DNA of 63,646 nucleotides, filler included, from Sluysia triapertura (Eukaryota), in NCBI GenBank assembly GCA_046118255.1. It is 5 parts of 5 records of this genome, joined end to end, with 100 filler letters (N's around TTAATTAATTAA, not from the genome) between each part and the next. Parts side by side here need not be neighbours in the genome. Positions count along the whole stretch, not along the records: positions 1 to 13,795 come from JBJNIA010019408.1; 4 more parts are not named here. The stretch is one strand, 5' to 3'. Position numbers and translations under genes: made by a program. This document shows positions 1-11,378 of the stretch, piece after piece; within the stretch, counting starts at the first letter, position 1; the number at the start of each line of letters is the position of its first letter. The notes under the pieces are model-generated. The model made no database searches and was not told the DNA's origin. It saw only the letters and a program-made list of their open reading frames with translations.

Positions 1-2
1 AG

Positions 3-3000
3 GGATGTCATTCTGGATTTCCTAATGTTAACAAGACTACCGAGGTATTTTTTGTTACTAATCGATCAGTATGTGTTGAATGGTTCAATAAAATGCGTTT
101 AATGATTATGGCATTAGCTCAGTACAATAATCAATGGCCCTTAGTTGTACAACAAGGTATGAAATTGTTATCAAATTATAAATCTGAAAGAAAATGTAAT
201 GAAGTAATGAGCTTGTTTCAAGAAACCGAAGATTGTATTGTATTAACAGCAATGGCTTTAAGCAAATTAGGTAATTGGGAAACATTGTTAGGTCTCAAAG
301 AATTAACAGTTTCCATGTACGGTGATAAATTTAGTTACCTTTCATGTATGGTTGATAAAACATTAGGTAAAATAGAGTTGGCTTTACAGGGATATGAAAA
401 GTTTATTTATAATTACTATGACCCATTTGCTTCCAAAACTTCTGGTATTAAGCTATTAGTTCGTCAAACATATGCACAAAGTAGTTTTGTATTGATTATG
501 GAAGAAATAGCTGAGTGCAATCTATTATTATCTAAACATGAAGAATTAACAAATTGGGGTGCTAAAATAGATAGTTGGAAGAAATCATCTCATTCATTTC
601 CAGAAGCTCAAAAGTGTAACATTAAGTGGTCAAGACTCTCTTGTTTAGCTAAATTATGTAAATGGGACACTAAACTGACTGAAGAAATTAATGTAAAGCG
701 GCATGAAATTAATATTTCAGTTGAACATTCATGGAAATATCGTAGTTTAATTGATAAATGCGAAGATAAATTAGTGAATATGATTTATAATCAATCAAGT
801 GATGATTTGGAAATAATTAAACAAGATGTTGCAAAAATTGCTTCAATACAAAATATTTCTGATTATCCCAATGGTTTCTTAAATCCTGATCTAATTCAAA
901 TAAATGAAAAATTGCATATGTTATCTCAAGCAAGTAATGATAATAAATTAAATCTATTTCCTAAAAAATTACTTATTCACTCTCCTACAATGGCTTTGTC
1001 TATTATTGGTTTTTACAATGCATTAATGAATCAAAAAGCGAAGAATAATATATTGGATGACTCTTTTGGAGTACGTGAATTTCTTATTTGTTGGCATCGA
1101 AAGCACCATAATTATTGTCAATCCGAGGAAATTTTAGCCAATTCTTATAAACATTTTTTAAAGTCTGAAAAACGAATTAATTTACAAGAATGTGCTTTAC
1201 CAGAAATTCAAATGAAATTGGATAGGCATCATTCGAAATTGGCCTGGTGCCGTGGAAGTAAAGTTGAAGCTATTCAAATACTTTTGACAGCTCTTAGTGA
1301 TGGCCTTTTTTTCGAAACAGCTAATGAACCACTACGTAATGCTAAATGCTTACACAACACTAAATCTTTATTAACTTTATTCAAATGGCTCAATACGGAA
1401 CGTAGTCATTATCAAGAATTTTGTCAAAATCCTCTTATTGGCAATCATTTGAATTTATTCATTGAATTAGCTGAGGTTCCATGGATTCAAGGTTTACCAA
1501 TTGTATCTCCGCAGCAAAGAGAGAGATATATCAATGATCAAGGAATTAGTTCAAATGTCAAAGTAAAACCATTAACTGAAGTATGTAGTCAAATATTAAT
1601 TTTAGCTAGTAAGTCACGAAGTCAAGGTTTTGGTGATAAAAGTTTTATTGCGTTAGCACAGTGGTGCTTATCTCGTTCTAAAATATTAGATAAAAATGGT
1701 TTTAATGATCCTAGTAAAATGACTTATATTTCATCAAAACTTGACACATTAACGGTATCTGAAGTTGATAAACAAAGTATTGCAAAATTATTTGTTAATT
1801 TATTTCAAACTACAAAAATGGAAATTGAATCTGATTGGCTTGGAATACCTTTTGATGATCCAGAATTTCACAAGGAAATTGCAAAGGAACTTAAACAAAT
1901 AAATTCTGAAATATCTGATGATAACGTAAATAATTCTATTTCTGTTTGGCAATTACTTGTTAAAGAACATTTTTCCCTACATTCAGCTGCTGCTGATGCT
2001 TATTTTTCTTTTCTCAAAGATTCCAATATTGTAACGACAGAAACACGACAAAATAATCGCCGAATTGCTGTTAATTTACGGATTCTTTCGTTATTGAATA
2101 AGCGTTGTCGTTATTTGAGACAAAATATTGTTGATGGTATTAAATCAAGTCAAGCAATTTGTTGGAACAATGTAGAACCACAGTTATTTGCACGATTAAA
2201 GCATCCAGATCAAAATATTAGATTGTGTATTATTGACTTATTAAAACGTTTAGCTGTATCAACTAATCCGGTAATTAACGAGTTGGTTATATATCCAACT
2301 TTGGTTGGCAGTTTAGGAGATGATAATAATCTTTCATATCAAGAAGCGTATTCAGAGATAAAACAATCTCTTGCTAATTCGAATCCCGAACTTATTAATG
2401 ACATTAGTGTATTTATTCGAGAATTGCGACGTATTACTGTTCTTTGGGATGAATTATGGATATCATCTTTAGGTCAATGCTATGATGAGTTACAAAAGAA
2501 GTCACAACAATTTCAAATGGATATTGAAAAAGTCGATGATAGTCTTGACGAAAATCTAAAATCTGGTGATACGTCAGCAAAGAAATCTCGATTATTGAAA
2601 TTAAGTTATGATTCATTAATTCAACCTGGACTCTTTATTTTGGATAGAGTTAAAACAGTAATAAATGTTCAACCAGAAACTCCAAGGGAAATTTCATTTT
2701 ACAATGAATTTCATGAAAAGATCGATTCAGTTATTGCAGCTATCAGAAATCCATCATCATTACTAGATTTCAAAGAGTCTTGGAAGAGTGTCAAAGAATT
2801 GCAAGATGAAATGATCAATTACGTGAATGGTAAGATGAAATTGAGGGTTAAACAAGGTCGCCATCAATATTTAACTTTGAAATTGAGTGAAGTTAGTCCA
2901 AGTTTAGCAGGTATGTCACGCAAAAATATTCCATTACCAGGACGTTTAATTAATATTGATAATCAATCTCAGAGGTCGCTTTTATCAATTGCAGAAAATA

Positions 3001-6000
3001 TTAGTATTTATCCTACTAAGACTAAGCCAAAATGTTTAAAGTTTTCTGCTTCTAATGGACAATCGTATGATTATCTTTATAAAGGAATGGAAGATTTACG
3101 ATTAGATGAAAGAATAATGCAAATTCTTTGTATGATTAATTCAATGTTCACAAAATTAAATGAAAGAGATCGAAATATATACGAAATTATTACTTATCCT
3201 GTTACCCCATTAGGCCCCAGGGCTGGATTAATTGAAATGATTAATGACTGTACCTCGTTATTTACTCTTTATAAGCGAAATCAAATTCGAAATAAAAATT
3301 CAAATGATTATTACAAAGCCAAATCAAAATATCAAACGGATACATGTTTGAATACAAATAATATGAATATAAATACCAGCACTAATATTAACAACGGTTT
3401 AACAAATGATGGAACTATATTAACAGACGAAGGCCATGCAATAAGACCTGCAGATATCTATTGGCAGAAATTAAGACCAAAATTAGAAGCAGCAAATATT
3501 GATGTATCACATGATACAAATCGTGATAAATGGCCTATAAGTATATTAAATGAGGTATTGGAAGAGTTGAAATCAGAAACGACTCGTAATTTACTGGCCA
3601 ACGAATTGTGGTGCTGTAGCATTAATTCAAGCAATTGGTTAGCTAGTAGTAGTCGGTTTACCCGATCCTGTGCAGTTATGTCTATTGTTGGTCATATAAT
3701 TGGTCTTGGTGATCGACATTTAGATAATCTCTTAGTTAATTTATCTAATGGAAAAATGGTTCACATTGATTATAATGTATGTTTTGACAAGGGAGTAACT
3801 TTAAAAGTACCAGAAAAAGTGCCATTTCGATTAACTGATAGTATATTAGACGTGTTTGGACCGGTAGGTGTTGAGGGATTGTTTAAAAATACATGCATTA
3901 ATGTTTATCAGGTGTTACAAGATGCAAAGGAAAACATTTTGACATTGATGGATACATTCGTATTAGATCCTATTGTAGATTGGTATAGTGGTGTTGAGTC
4001 TGGTCACTATGGATCTTTTGAAGGGGGAAAGCTAGCTATTCCTAATCTAACTGCTCAGTTTGAAAAACGTTGTGTTGAGTTCAATATTAATTTATATAAT
4101 TTTCAATATGCACTTCTCACTTTTAATAAAGACTTAGATCAATGTAATTCCGATTTAACGAATTATTTTTCAACATTATCTAATATATTTGATGATCAGC
4201 TTAATACATATAAAAAGAATGGTGAGATTCAATTAAAATACAATGAAGTTACTGAATTGATTGATTGCATGTCTCAGTATGATTCAAATAAACAGATAGA
4301 ATTAATGAATAACTATATAATAATAAATGATATTCGAGAAAAACAAGAATCGTTCCAATTAGATCTTAATCATCGTTTGAAACAGTTGGAGACTTTTGTT
4401 ACTGCACATTCAAACAATTTCAATAAATTATTAGATCCTCAAAATGTTTTTAAGATTTCAGATGGATTTAGGAAATTGAATCAGTTAATTGGAAATTACA
4501 CTAAAAAGCCGAAACCCATAAAAAATGAAGATATTACACCAAATAAAGTAAATGAAGAACCAGATTTAATTTCTTTAGAATTTGAATTGATTTTAATAGA
4601 TATCGGAAATTTTCAAAGTGATTTACAATTAATTAATGATTATAAAAATATTTTGAAAGATATGCCAGAAGAATTTTTTGTATCAGATAGATGCAATGAT
4701 ATGTTGAAAGCTGTTCGAGAATTGTCAAGACCTGATAATCATATTTCTAGTTATATTGATAATGTTTTATCAGATTATTCGAATAAATGGAGTAATGATA
4801 GCGACATAAGTAGTGAGTTGAATGTACGACAAGAACTTCGTAATTGGATTGGTATAATTGATACTAGTAACAAATTAATTCAAGAAATTAAATCTAAAAG
4901 AACTCCGGAAAGTAATAATGAGGAAATTCAAGAGCTAGAAAACATTTGGAGGTTAGCATGCTGTGAAAATATCGGCGGTTTAGGAGTATTTAAAGCCGTT
5001 ATGCTGGAACAGTATTTAGAAATGGCTAAATTAGCTTCACATTTAGACTTAGTAAGTAACAATCCACTACCAGATAAAATTAATATCAATACTGACTACA
5101 CTTCTACTGTGAGGCGTTATGTATTATTAACAAATATTCACGACAATTTCTTTAAATTGTTAAGTAATTACCTGAGTATATTTGGTATAACGATTCTTAA
5201 CACACCAGAATATATGACTGTTTTTACAATGATTGGCTTATTGCAAAAAGTTTGTAACTCTTCTATTACTTTAGAAACAAATTTTATTGAAATTATTCTT
5301 CCTGAGAGTATTAAAATTATGAAAGACTTAAAATTACCTTCGGATTTAAGAATATTAAAAGAATTAAATGAAATTAAAGAAGATGCTGATAGAATAATGT
5401 TGCATTTTAATACCGCGATGACATTGAAAACCTATGATTTTAAGTCTTATGAACAAGTGCATTCAAAAGTGTTTAAGTGTTTGGCTGAACGTATGGCGAA
5501 ATTTGCTACAGTACCATCAAATACAACCGAATCTAAAAACTTTCGAATTTTGATTGCTAGCTTTTATAACGTTTTATTTCAGACGTATGGTACCCTTACA
5601 GAATTTATGGAGTACTGTTTACAAACTCAGCTACCAAATTCATGGAATTTTATTGATCTTGTCGCTCAAAACATCGGTAATGTTTCATCATTGTTGAATA
5701 AATCGTTTTTATTGCTTAAAGATGCACATTATGCTAGTCTTGTTCGGTCATTAGTTATGTATTTAAATCATGCGTTAGATTTCGTCACTGATATTAAATC
5801 AAATTCTTCATTTGATTGCACAACTATTTTTTCACTAACTACTGAAATAGAACAATATTTCAACTTTACAAGTCGTAACTTATTAAGAGGTTTAGCTAGT
5901 GGATGCTTCAGTAGAATGTTCTGTATATTATTAGAAGTTTCAGGCTGGACCATTGAGTCATTGATAAGCGATAACTTTATATCTGCTTCTAGTGGACTGA

Positions 6001-7568
6001 ATTCGGAATACTTAACCGGGAATGTCTTGACTTATCGGAGAAGTGAATATGCAAATGCACATAATTTTAGCAGTCAATTAAAATTTCGTTTGAATAATTT
6101 TAAATCGCTTTGTGGGTACAATATCGAGTCGAATTTATCAGATCGCTTTTTATTAAAAAATATTTCATTTGTGAATTCTGTTATTAAATTAGCAAAAAAT
6201 CAAGTTACTACAATTTCGTGGCAAAATAAACATGTATTATTGACTGTAAAAGATGATCCTCAAGTAGGTCCAGTTGATATGAAGAATGAATTAAAGGATC
6301 TGACTGAATTAAATACTGCCATTTCTAATATACCAAATCGTTTAAAACATACAATTAAGGAAATGCATAATAAGCTGGACAATTTAGAAAGTATGTTACA
6401 AAACATTTCGAATAAATCAGTTAATGATAAAATGCAGTTAAGTCAATTAATTCGATCACGAGTAGTTGAACTTGAAGATTATTTGATAAATATTGATCGT
6501 TTTGAATGCTCAAGAACTAAAAATTCAAAATTCGGACAAGAATTTGATAAAGAAGTAATCAATTTCTTAACAGAGAGTCGTGAATTGTTTGAACAAATCA
6601 AACTGACAAATGGTTTATTAGAACCAATAGAAATACGTATTATCGAATTAAAGTCAAATCAATTTGCAGATGATATTGATGATTGGTGGATAAAATTAAT
6701 GAATCATTTGAAAGAAGAACGAGCAAATTACAATAGAACTTTACTTGAAAATAATGATAAATTGCTAACTGTAAAAACTATATATTCGACAGAATTGGAT
6801 CAGATGAATAAAATATTGTCTCAATTTTATCATCCGATTTTAAGTCATCTTAAAAGTTCTTTAAAATCTCTTCACAGTACGCTAACAAAAATGCAATATT
6901 TGTTACAGCAAGATCAAAATTTATTAACTGAGTCATCGAGTTTGCGTATGAAAGTGAATTTAGTTGGTTTATTAGTGAGATCTATAGATCGATTTAATGC
7001 AAGCACAATAGCAATGACAAAATTATTATCAAAACCAAATAATGTCAAAGAAGATGATGTTAAAGAAATGCATTCTTTAAGTATTTTAATTCAAAATACA
7101 ATACCAAAGTTATTTTATCTTTTACAAGTTCTTGCAAATTATACGAACAATAAACTAAGTGTGGGGTTTAGTAACAATAATATGGCAGATTTGAATAGTA
7201 ATGTAAAAATATCAAACATCGCTGATGACATTGACGAGTTTGATTATAAAAAATCTACGGATATATGTGATGATTTATTTATTATAAATGAAGAAGCGAG
7301 AAAGACAACAAAAAAGTCAATTTTAAATTATAGTTACAATAATAGTGCAATATCAAAGGCAATCGATACATGGCGTTTAGTAGAAACACGAATTAATCTT
7401 CCAAATTTTGAATTTGAATCTAACATTTTGTCGATGTCACTTCGTGATGATGATAATGAATTTTTAAATAGAAAACGAATAAAAGCATATATCGAAAAAT
7501 TGATAAGATCTGCTCGCAATGTTGACAATTTGTCTAGAATGTATGAAGGATGGACAGCTTGGGTTTAA
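3..7568 (+). CDS. SMG1: Serine/threonine-protein kinase SMG1 (PIKK family, nonsense-mediated decay), 5'-truncated by the window edge; one uninterrupted reading frame
   Basis: The frame of the 93..7568 ORF is open back to nt 3 (GCHSGFPNVNKTTEVFFVTNRSVCVEWFNKMRL), which resembles the SMG1 FFxTNRxxCxxW segment. PIKK motifs: RRITVLWDELW, PTKTKPK, YLYKGMEDLRLDERIMQ, GHIIGLGDRHLDNLL, HIDYNVCFDKG, VPEKVPFRLT. A very long insertion separates the kinase from the FATC end NLSRMYEGWTAWV*, the SMG1 hallmark. Confidence 0.96.
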   Translation, partial: GCHSGFPNVNKTTEVFFVTNRSVCVEWFNKMRLMIMALAQYNNQWPLVVQQGMKLLSNYKSERKCNEVMSLFQETEDCIVLTAMALSKLGNWETLLGLKELTVSMYGDKFSYLSCMVDKTLGKIELALQGYEKFIYNYYDPFASKTSGIKLLVRQTYAQSSFVLIMEEIAECNLLLSKHEELTNWGAKIDSWKKSSHSFPEAQKCNIKWSRLSCLAKLCKWDTKLTEEINVKRHEINISVEHSWKYRSLIDKCEDKLVNMIYNQSSDDLEIIKQDVAKIASIQNISDYPNGFLNPDLIQINEKLHMLSQASNDNKLNLFPKKLLIHSPTMALSIIGFYNALMNQKAKNNILDDSFGVREFLICWHRKHHNYCQSEEILANSYKHFLKSEKRINLQECALPEIQMKLDRHHSKLAWCRGSKVEAIQILLTALSDGLFFETANEPLRNAKCLHNTKSLLTLFKWLNTERSHYQEFCQNPLIGNHLNLFIELAEVPWIQGLPIVSPQQRERYINDQGISSNVKVKPLTEVCSQILILASKSRSQGFGDKSFIALAQWCLSRSKILDKNGFNDPSKMTYISSKLDTLTVSEVDKQSIAKLFVNLFQTTKMEIESDWLGIPFDDPEFHKEIAKELKQINSEISDDNVNNSISVWQLLVKEHFSLHSAAADAYFSFLKDSNIVTTETRQNNRRIAVNLRILSLLNKRCRYLRQNIVDGIKSSQAICWNNVEPQLFARLKHPDQNIRLCIIDLLKRLAVSTNPVINELVIYPTLVGSLGDDNNLSYQEAYSEIKQSLANSNPELINDISVFIRELRRITVLWDELWISSLGQCYDELQKKSQQFQMDIEKVDDSLDENLKSGDTSAKKSRLLKLSYDSLIQPGLFILDRVKTVINVQPETPREISFYNEFHEKIDSVIAAIRNPSSLLDFKESWKSVKELQDEMINYVNGKMKLRVKQGRHQYLTLKLSEVSPSLAGMSRKNIPLPGRLINIDNQSQRSLLSIAENISIYPTKTKPKCLKFSASNGQSYDYLYKGMEDLRLDERIMQILCMINSMFTKLNERDRNIYEIITYPVTPLGPRAGLIEMINDCTSLFTLYKRNQIRNKNSNDYYKAKSKYQTDTCLNTNNMNINTSTNINNGLTNDGTILTDEGHAIRPADIYWQKLRPKLEAANIDVSHDTNRDKWPISILNEVLEELKSETTRNLLANELWCCSINSSNWLASSSRFTRSCAVMSIVGHIIGLGDRHLDNLLVNLSNGKMVHIDYNVCFDKGVTLKVPEKVPFRLTDSILDVFGPVGVEGLFKNTCINVYQVLQDAKENILTLMDTFVLDPIVDWYSGVESGHYGSFEGGKLAIPNLTAQFEKRCVEFNINLYNFQYALLTFNKDLDQCNSDLTNYFSTLSNIFDDQLNTYKKNGEIQLKYNEVTELIDCMSQYDSNKQIELMNNYIIINDIREKQESFQLDLNHRLKQLETFVTAHSNNFNKLLDPQNVFKISDGFRKLNQLIGNYTKKPKPIKNEDITPNKVNEEPDLISLEFELILIDIGNFQSDLQLINDYKNILKDMPEEFFVSDRCNDMLKAVRELSRPDNHISSYIDNVLSDYSNKWSNDSDISSELNVRQELRNWIGIIDTSNKLIQEIKSKRTPESNNEEIQELENIWRLACCENIGGLGVFKAVMLEQYLEMAKLASHLDLVSNNPLPDKININTDYTSTVRRYVLLTNIHDNFFKLLSNYLSIFGITILNTPEYMTVFTMIGLLQKVCNSSITLETNFIEIILPESIKIMKDLKLPSDLRILKELNEIKEDADRIMLHFNTAMTLKTYDFKSYEQVHSKVFKCLAERMAKFATVPSNTTESKNFRILIASFYNVLFQTYGTLTEFMEYCLQTQLPNSWNFIDLVAQNIGNVSSLLNKSFLLLKDAHYASLVRSLVMYLNHALDFVTDIKSNSSFDCTTIFSLTTEIEQYFNFTSRNLLRGLASGCFSRMFCILLEVSGWTIESLISDNFISASSGLNSEYLTGNVLTYRRSEYANAHNFSSQLKFRLNNFKSLCGYNIESNLSDRFLLKNISFVNSVIKLAKNQVTTISWQNKHVLLTVKDDPQVGPVDMKNELKDLTELNTAISNIPNRLKHTIKEMHNKLDNLESMLQNISNKSVNDKMQLSQLIRSRVVELEDYLINIDRFECSRTKNSKFGQEFDKEVINFLTESRELFEQIKLTNGLLEPIEIRIIELKSNQFADDIDDWWIKLMNHLKEERANYNRTLLENNDKLLTVKTIYSTELDQMNKILSQFYHPILSHLKSSLKSLHSTLTKMQYLLQQDQNLLTESSSLRMKVNLVGLLVRSIDRFNASTIAMTKLLSKPNNVKEDDVKEMHSLSILIQNTIPKLFYLLQVLANYTNNKLSVGFSNNNMADLNSNVKISNIADDIDEFDYKKSTDICDDLFIINEEARKTTKKSILNYSYNNSAISKAIDTWRLVETRINLPNFEFESNILSMSLRDDDNEFLNRKRIKAYIEKLIRSARNVDNLSRMYEGWTAWV

Positions 7569-7739
7569 TTCGTTAACTTTTTAGATGGTTAAAGTAATTT
7601 ATTCACAAGTGCATAAGTATACTTAAAAGACAATTGTTAAACATCACAAAATAATTGTCATACTGATAAACACAACTATGATTGTGTTATTTTCTTCAGT
7701 ATACTTGTGCAAACACTCTAATATTAGGTTAGTTTTTTT

Positions 7740-7745
7740 AATAAA
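7740..7745 (+). promoter_or_regulatory. Candidate polyadenylation signal of SMG1
   Basis: AATAAA about 170 nt after the stop codon; weak evidence in such AT-rich DNA. Confidence 0.3.
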
Positions 7746-7949
7746 TTTTTAAATTTATTAAATTATAAATTATTTTTGAATATTTATATTATTATTTGAC
7801 AAAAAATTACTATTATAACGTCTAACTACTATAAAATAAAGTTCAAAACAATGAATGCTACATATAGACATGAAATTCAATTAAATAACGGATATAGAAC
7901 ATTTGAAAATTTTAGTATTATAATTCAGTTAAATGAAGATAAAATTTAC

Positions 7950-9300
7950 AGCAACATTTCTTTGAAATGAAGTAGCTAAATATTGACATAACAACGTAAA
8001 GCTCGGACAACACAAGAAATTAATATTAAGTTTATTGATTTAAGGTTTTTAAGAGTTGATGTAGTTATTTCCAAGGAAATTAAAAGACATTACTCCCAAA
8101 AGGAAAATTTCACTTGCATTTATTCCTAGTGGATACATGATAATATTTTAAAGACTATCATTCTTAGAAAAGTTCCTTATAAATAGATTCCATTAAAATT
8201 GCTTATTCTAAACCACCTTGGTTTTAAGTCTGTTTTGGGGATTTATATTCTGTTAAATTTTTATCAAACAATAGTAAATGACACATTGCAAAATATTTAT
8301 TAAGGAAATTCTCAGGTTCTGTCTCTAAACAAATTGTTAATGTTGAAGGTTAATATATTCGAATTACTTAACATTTCATAAAACCGAAACAATATTCTTA
8401 CTTTCTACAATCTATATTGTTGGTTAACGAAACTTACCTGGAATTAATGAAGGTATTTTGCTTCAAAAATCGTTCGTTATTTGGATTCATAATTTCCGGT
8501 CATTGTTGAATTTGATAATTCGAGTGTTTTGCAACTTTTTAATGTATAATTGAGAATATTATAATTTTGCTAAATTATAACACTAGTTTTAAGCATTTGA
8601 ACTATTAATTTCTTAATCTTCGAATAAACATTTTCTGAAGCTTCTGTTTCAGTAATTTTGCTATTTTTTCCAATGCTTATAAATTCTAAACTAAATTTAT
8701 AATAGTTTTACATTTTAATATGATTAATAATAATTACTGTTAGGGGATTTTAAAGGCTTTCATGAGTTCTTGTCTATTATAAAATCATTAATGAGTTGAT
8801 AGAATTGAAGAATACCTTGGCAGATTCTGTACTTTGAATATTTAAAGTGCAAAGTTTTTTGTTTTGATCCAGAACAAAATTTTTCTTAAACCATAAATAG
8901 TTTATTAAAAAACCAACAAGAAGTCTCAGTTCAATGTTTTAAAACTTGTTACGTCCGCAAATAAATTAGCATAATTAGAATTAAAAACCGCTTTACAACA
9001 TTTTAGAATTTCTTAGTCACAGTCATTACAAACTAGGATCATATTAACATTAAATTAGCACCATTTTATTTATTATACTTAATTTATACATTATTTTGTT
9101 TTAGAACTTTGGTATTTGAAGAATTTTAGAGCAACGTATTCAAACAACCATTGTAGTACAGCTCCATTAAATAAAAATCATGTATAATGTTATTGTGATT
9201 TAAAGTTTTATACAACACCGTGACTATATTATGCTAAGGAACATTTACTTATTAACAGAACTGTTTGGATAATAATTATTTTTGTAAATGTGACATTATT
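7950..9300 (-). pseudogene. Decayed copy of an AT-rich orphan gene family (related to the 11-13 kb gene and the 23-24 kb relic)
   Basis: Stop-riddled, coding-like minus strand. Short matches: gttttgatcc (8861 vs 23651), ctcggacaa (~8002) vs cttggacaa (~11000), peptide YNGCLNTL (~9150) vs FRGCINTI (~43470). Judged by eye only. Confidence 0.3.
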
Positions 9301-11378
9301 TTCAATGGGGCTTAAAGACTGATTTTATGTTGTATGAATTATTGTATTTATTATTATCATTATTATTATAATACATTTGCTAATTTGGTGTTATATAATA
9401 TTAAGTATATGTGATACTTATCATTTAATGTATAAAACTTTGTCTTATGGTTTTTAATCAATTTTAAATTTATAAATGTGACAATTTTCCAATATAGTGT
9501 TGTATTATTGCATATAATTGCATTTTTAGTGTATAAGTATAATAAATACAATTATGGTGAAATGAAATGACAAGAGACATTTCAAATAAAAAATCCCTTA
9601 ATGAGACTTAACTAGAGTGCGTGGCGGGCAAAAATGGGAAGATGTGCAAATAATATTCGCATTTAAATATCGTATAGGGTGGGCAACAGTTACTAATACC
9701 TTGCACCATTTTTAAAAAAATACTTCAAATGATATGTACTTATCCAGATCATAAGTGATAATCTACGAAAAGAGTACTAGTATACTTCGCTCACAATGTG
9801 TTAATGCTATTTGAAAATGACCACGAAATACAAATTCTACTTTGTAAATTAATTTTTAACCACTATGCAAACTTCAAATTATTGCAGAATCCTATTTAGC
9901 CAATCATTCAGTTAGTTGAAATTGCTTCTATGTTAAATTTGAAGTATCTGTAAGAAGCTGAGCAGACTGTGAGGGGGTTCTGTTCATGGAATATATGGTT
10001 GAATATTTCTTGCAACCCTTCAAAAATCTTCAAATGAAGAATTTAATATTAATGTATGTGTTACGAGAGCTGACAAATACATTGACAGATTTAATTATAT
10101 CATTAAGTCAGCAACCTTAATCCCTTAATGAAGAAAATATTAAAGAATATTAAATGAAAGATGTGTGCAATCAGTTTTTTTATGAAAATTCTAGCCAGTG
10201 TAGTTAAAAACAATGTATTTTTTGCTGATGTAGTTGGATTAATTTTTTATGGTAATGCTACATTTTCTATAATTATTAACTTTTCTAAATAAAATATATT
10301 TCCGCATTATTTCATTTCATTCATAGTTTTTTAATCTCTTAAACAAAAACACCTGTATCGTTTAAATTTTGTGCTCTTGTCATGAGTAAAAACTTAATAA
10401 TTTAACTAAAAATTGTAGAGCAAACAAAATGCAAATAACTAAAATTGTAATTATACTACTACCCCATTGTTGAATTATGTTTATAATCTCACTTCTAAAA
10501 TTTATATAAATTATCATGTGAGCTTTTGTTCTTAAGCAAAACTCAATTATCACAAAACTTAAATATCTCAAATAAATTTTAACTATCACGAATAAATATC
10601 ATAATTACAAATGAATATTCATTTATTCCTTTAAAGATTTTGTATTCATATTTTTTTTGGTAAAATTTCTAAAAGAATTAAATTATACACCTTATTTAAT
10701 AATTGTTACATTGGCGCGTCTTTTATTTCAAATGGCATTTTGTTGATATCTTGTAGGCATTTTGTATTTCTTTATTATATCATATTAATTACAAAAATAT
10801 TACTAATCTGTGTTATATTTGATAATCTCGTTTATTGTATTTGAATTTAAATTAGGGTCGATCTTACTCGTATTAGTACCAAACGTCTATTTTTGCCAAT
10901 TTTATTAAAAAGTAAAATAATTTCATTAGTCAACATATACCAAGTTTAGTCTATATAACACTATAATATAAAAATAATAATTAGAATCCGGGATTTTTCC
11001 TTGGACAATAATAAAATAGATTTTAATAAAGATTTTAATCCAGGTGAATGCTTGGATGGATTATTAAGATAGTTTACGGAGATTTTAATGCGAAAAAATT
11101 AACGTAATAAACTTAAACACAATTAATTTACTTATTATTTGACATGGACATAGTAATGTTCCAAAAATCTTTTAATGAATCAATTTCCACTAGTATTTGT
11201 AAAAAAATAGGATTTAAATTTTCTTTTAAAAAATTCTCCTCTATAAAGCTCCACAATAAGTCTTATAATTAACGTTGGTAGATACCGATTGCGTTTAATA
11301 CTTGTAAACGTTTTAATTTCTTGTGTCCTTTTAAGCTAATTGTGTTTTTTATATATAGTTTAATGTTTCTTTTATACT

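Noticed and set aside
2434-7528. Small minus-strand ORFs inside SMG1, and similar ones inside the kinase and transposase regions
   Set aside because: Antisense shadows of real coding sequence with no independent features.
9612-9840. Possible DNA-transposon terminus (TATAGGGTGGGCAAC)
   Set aside because: No matching opposite TIR or TSD was found.
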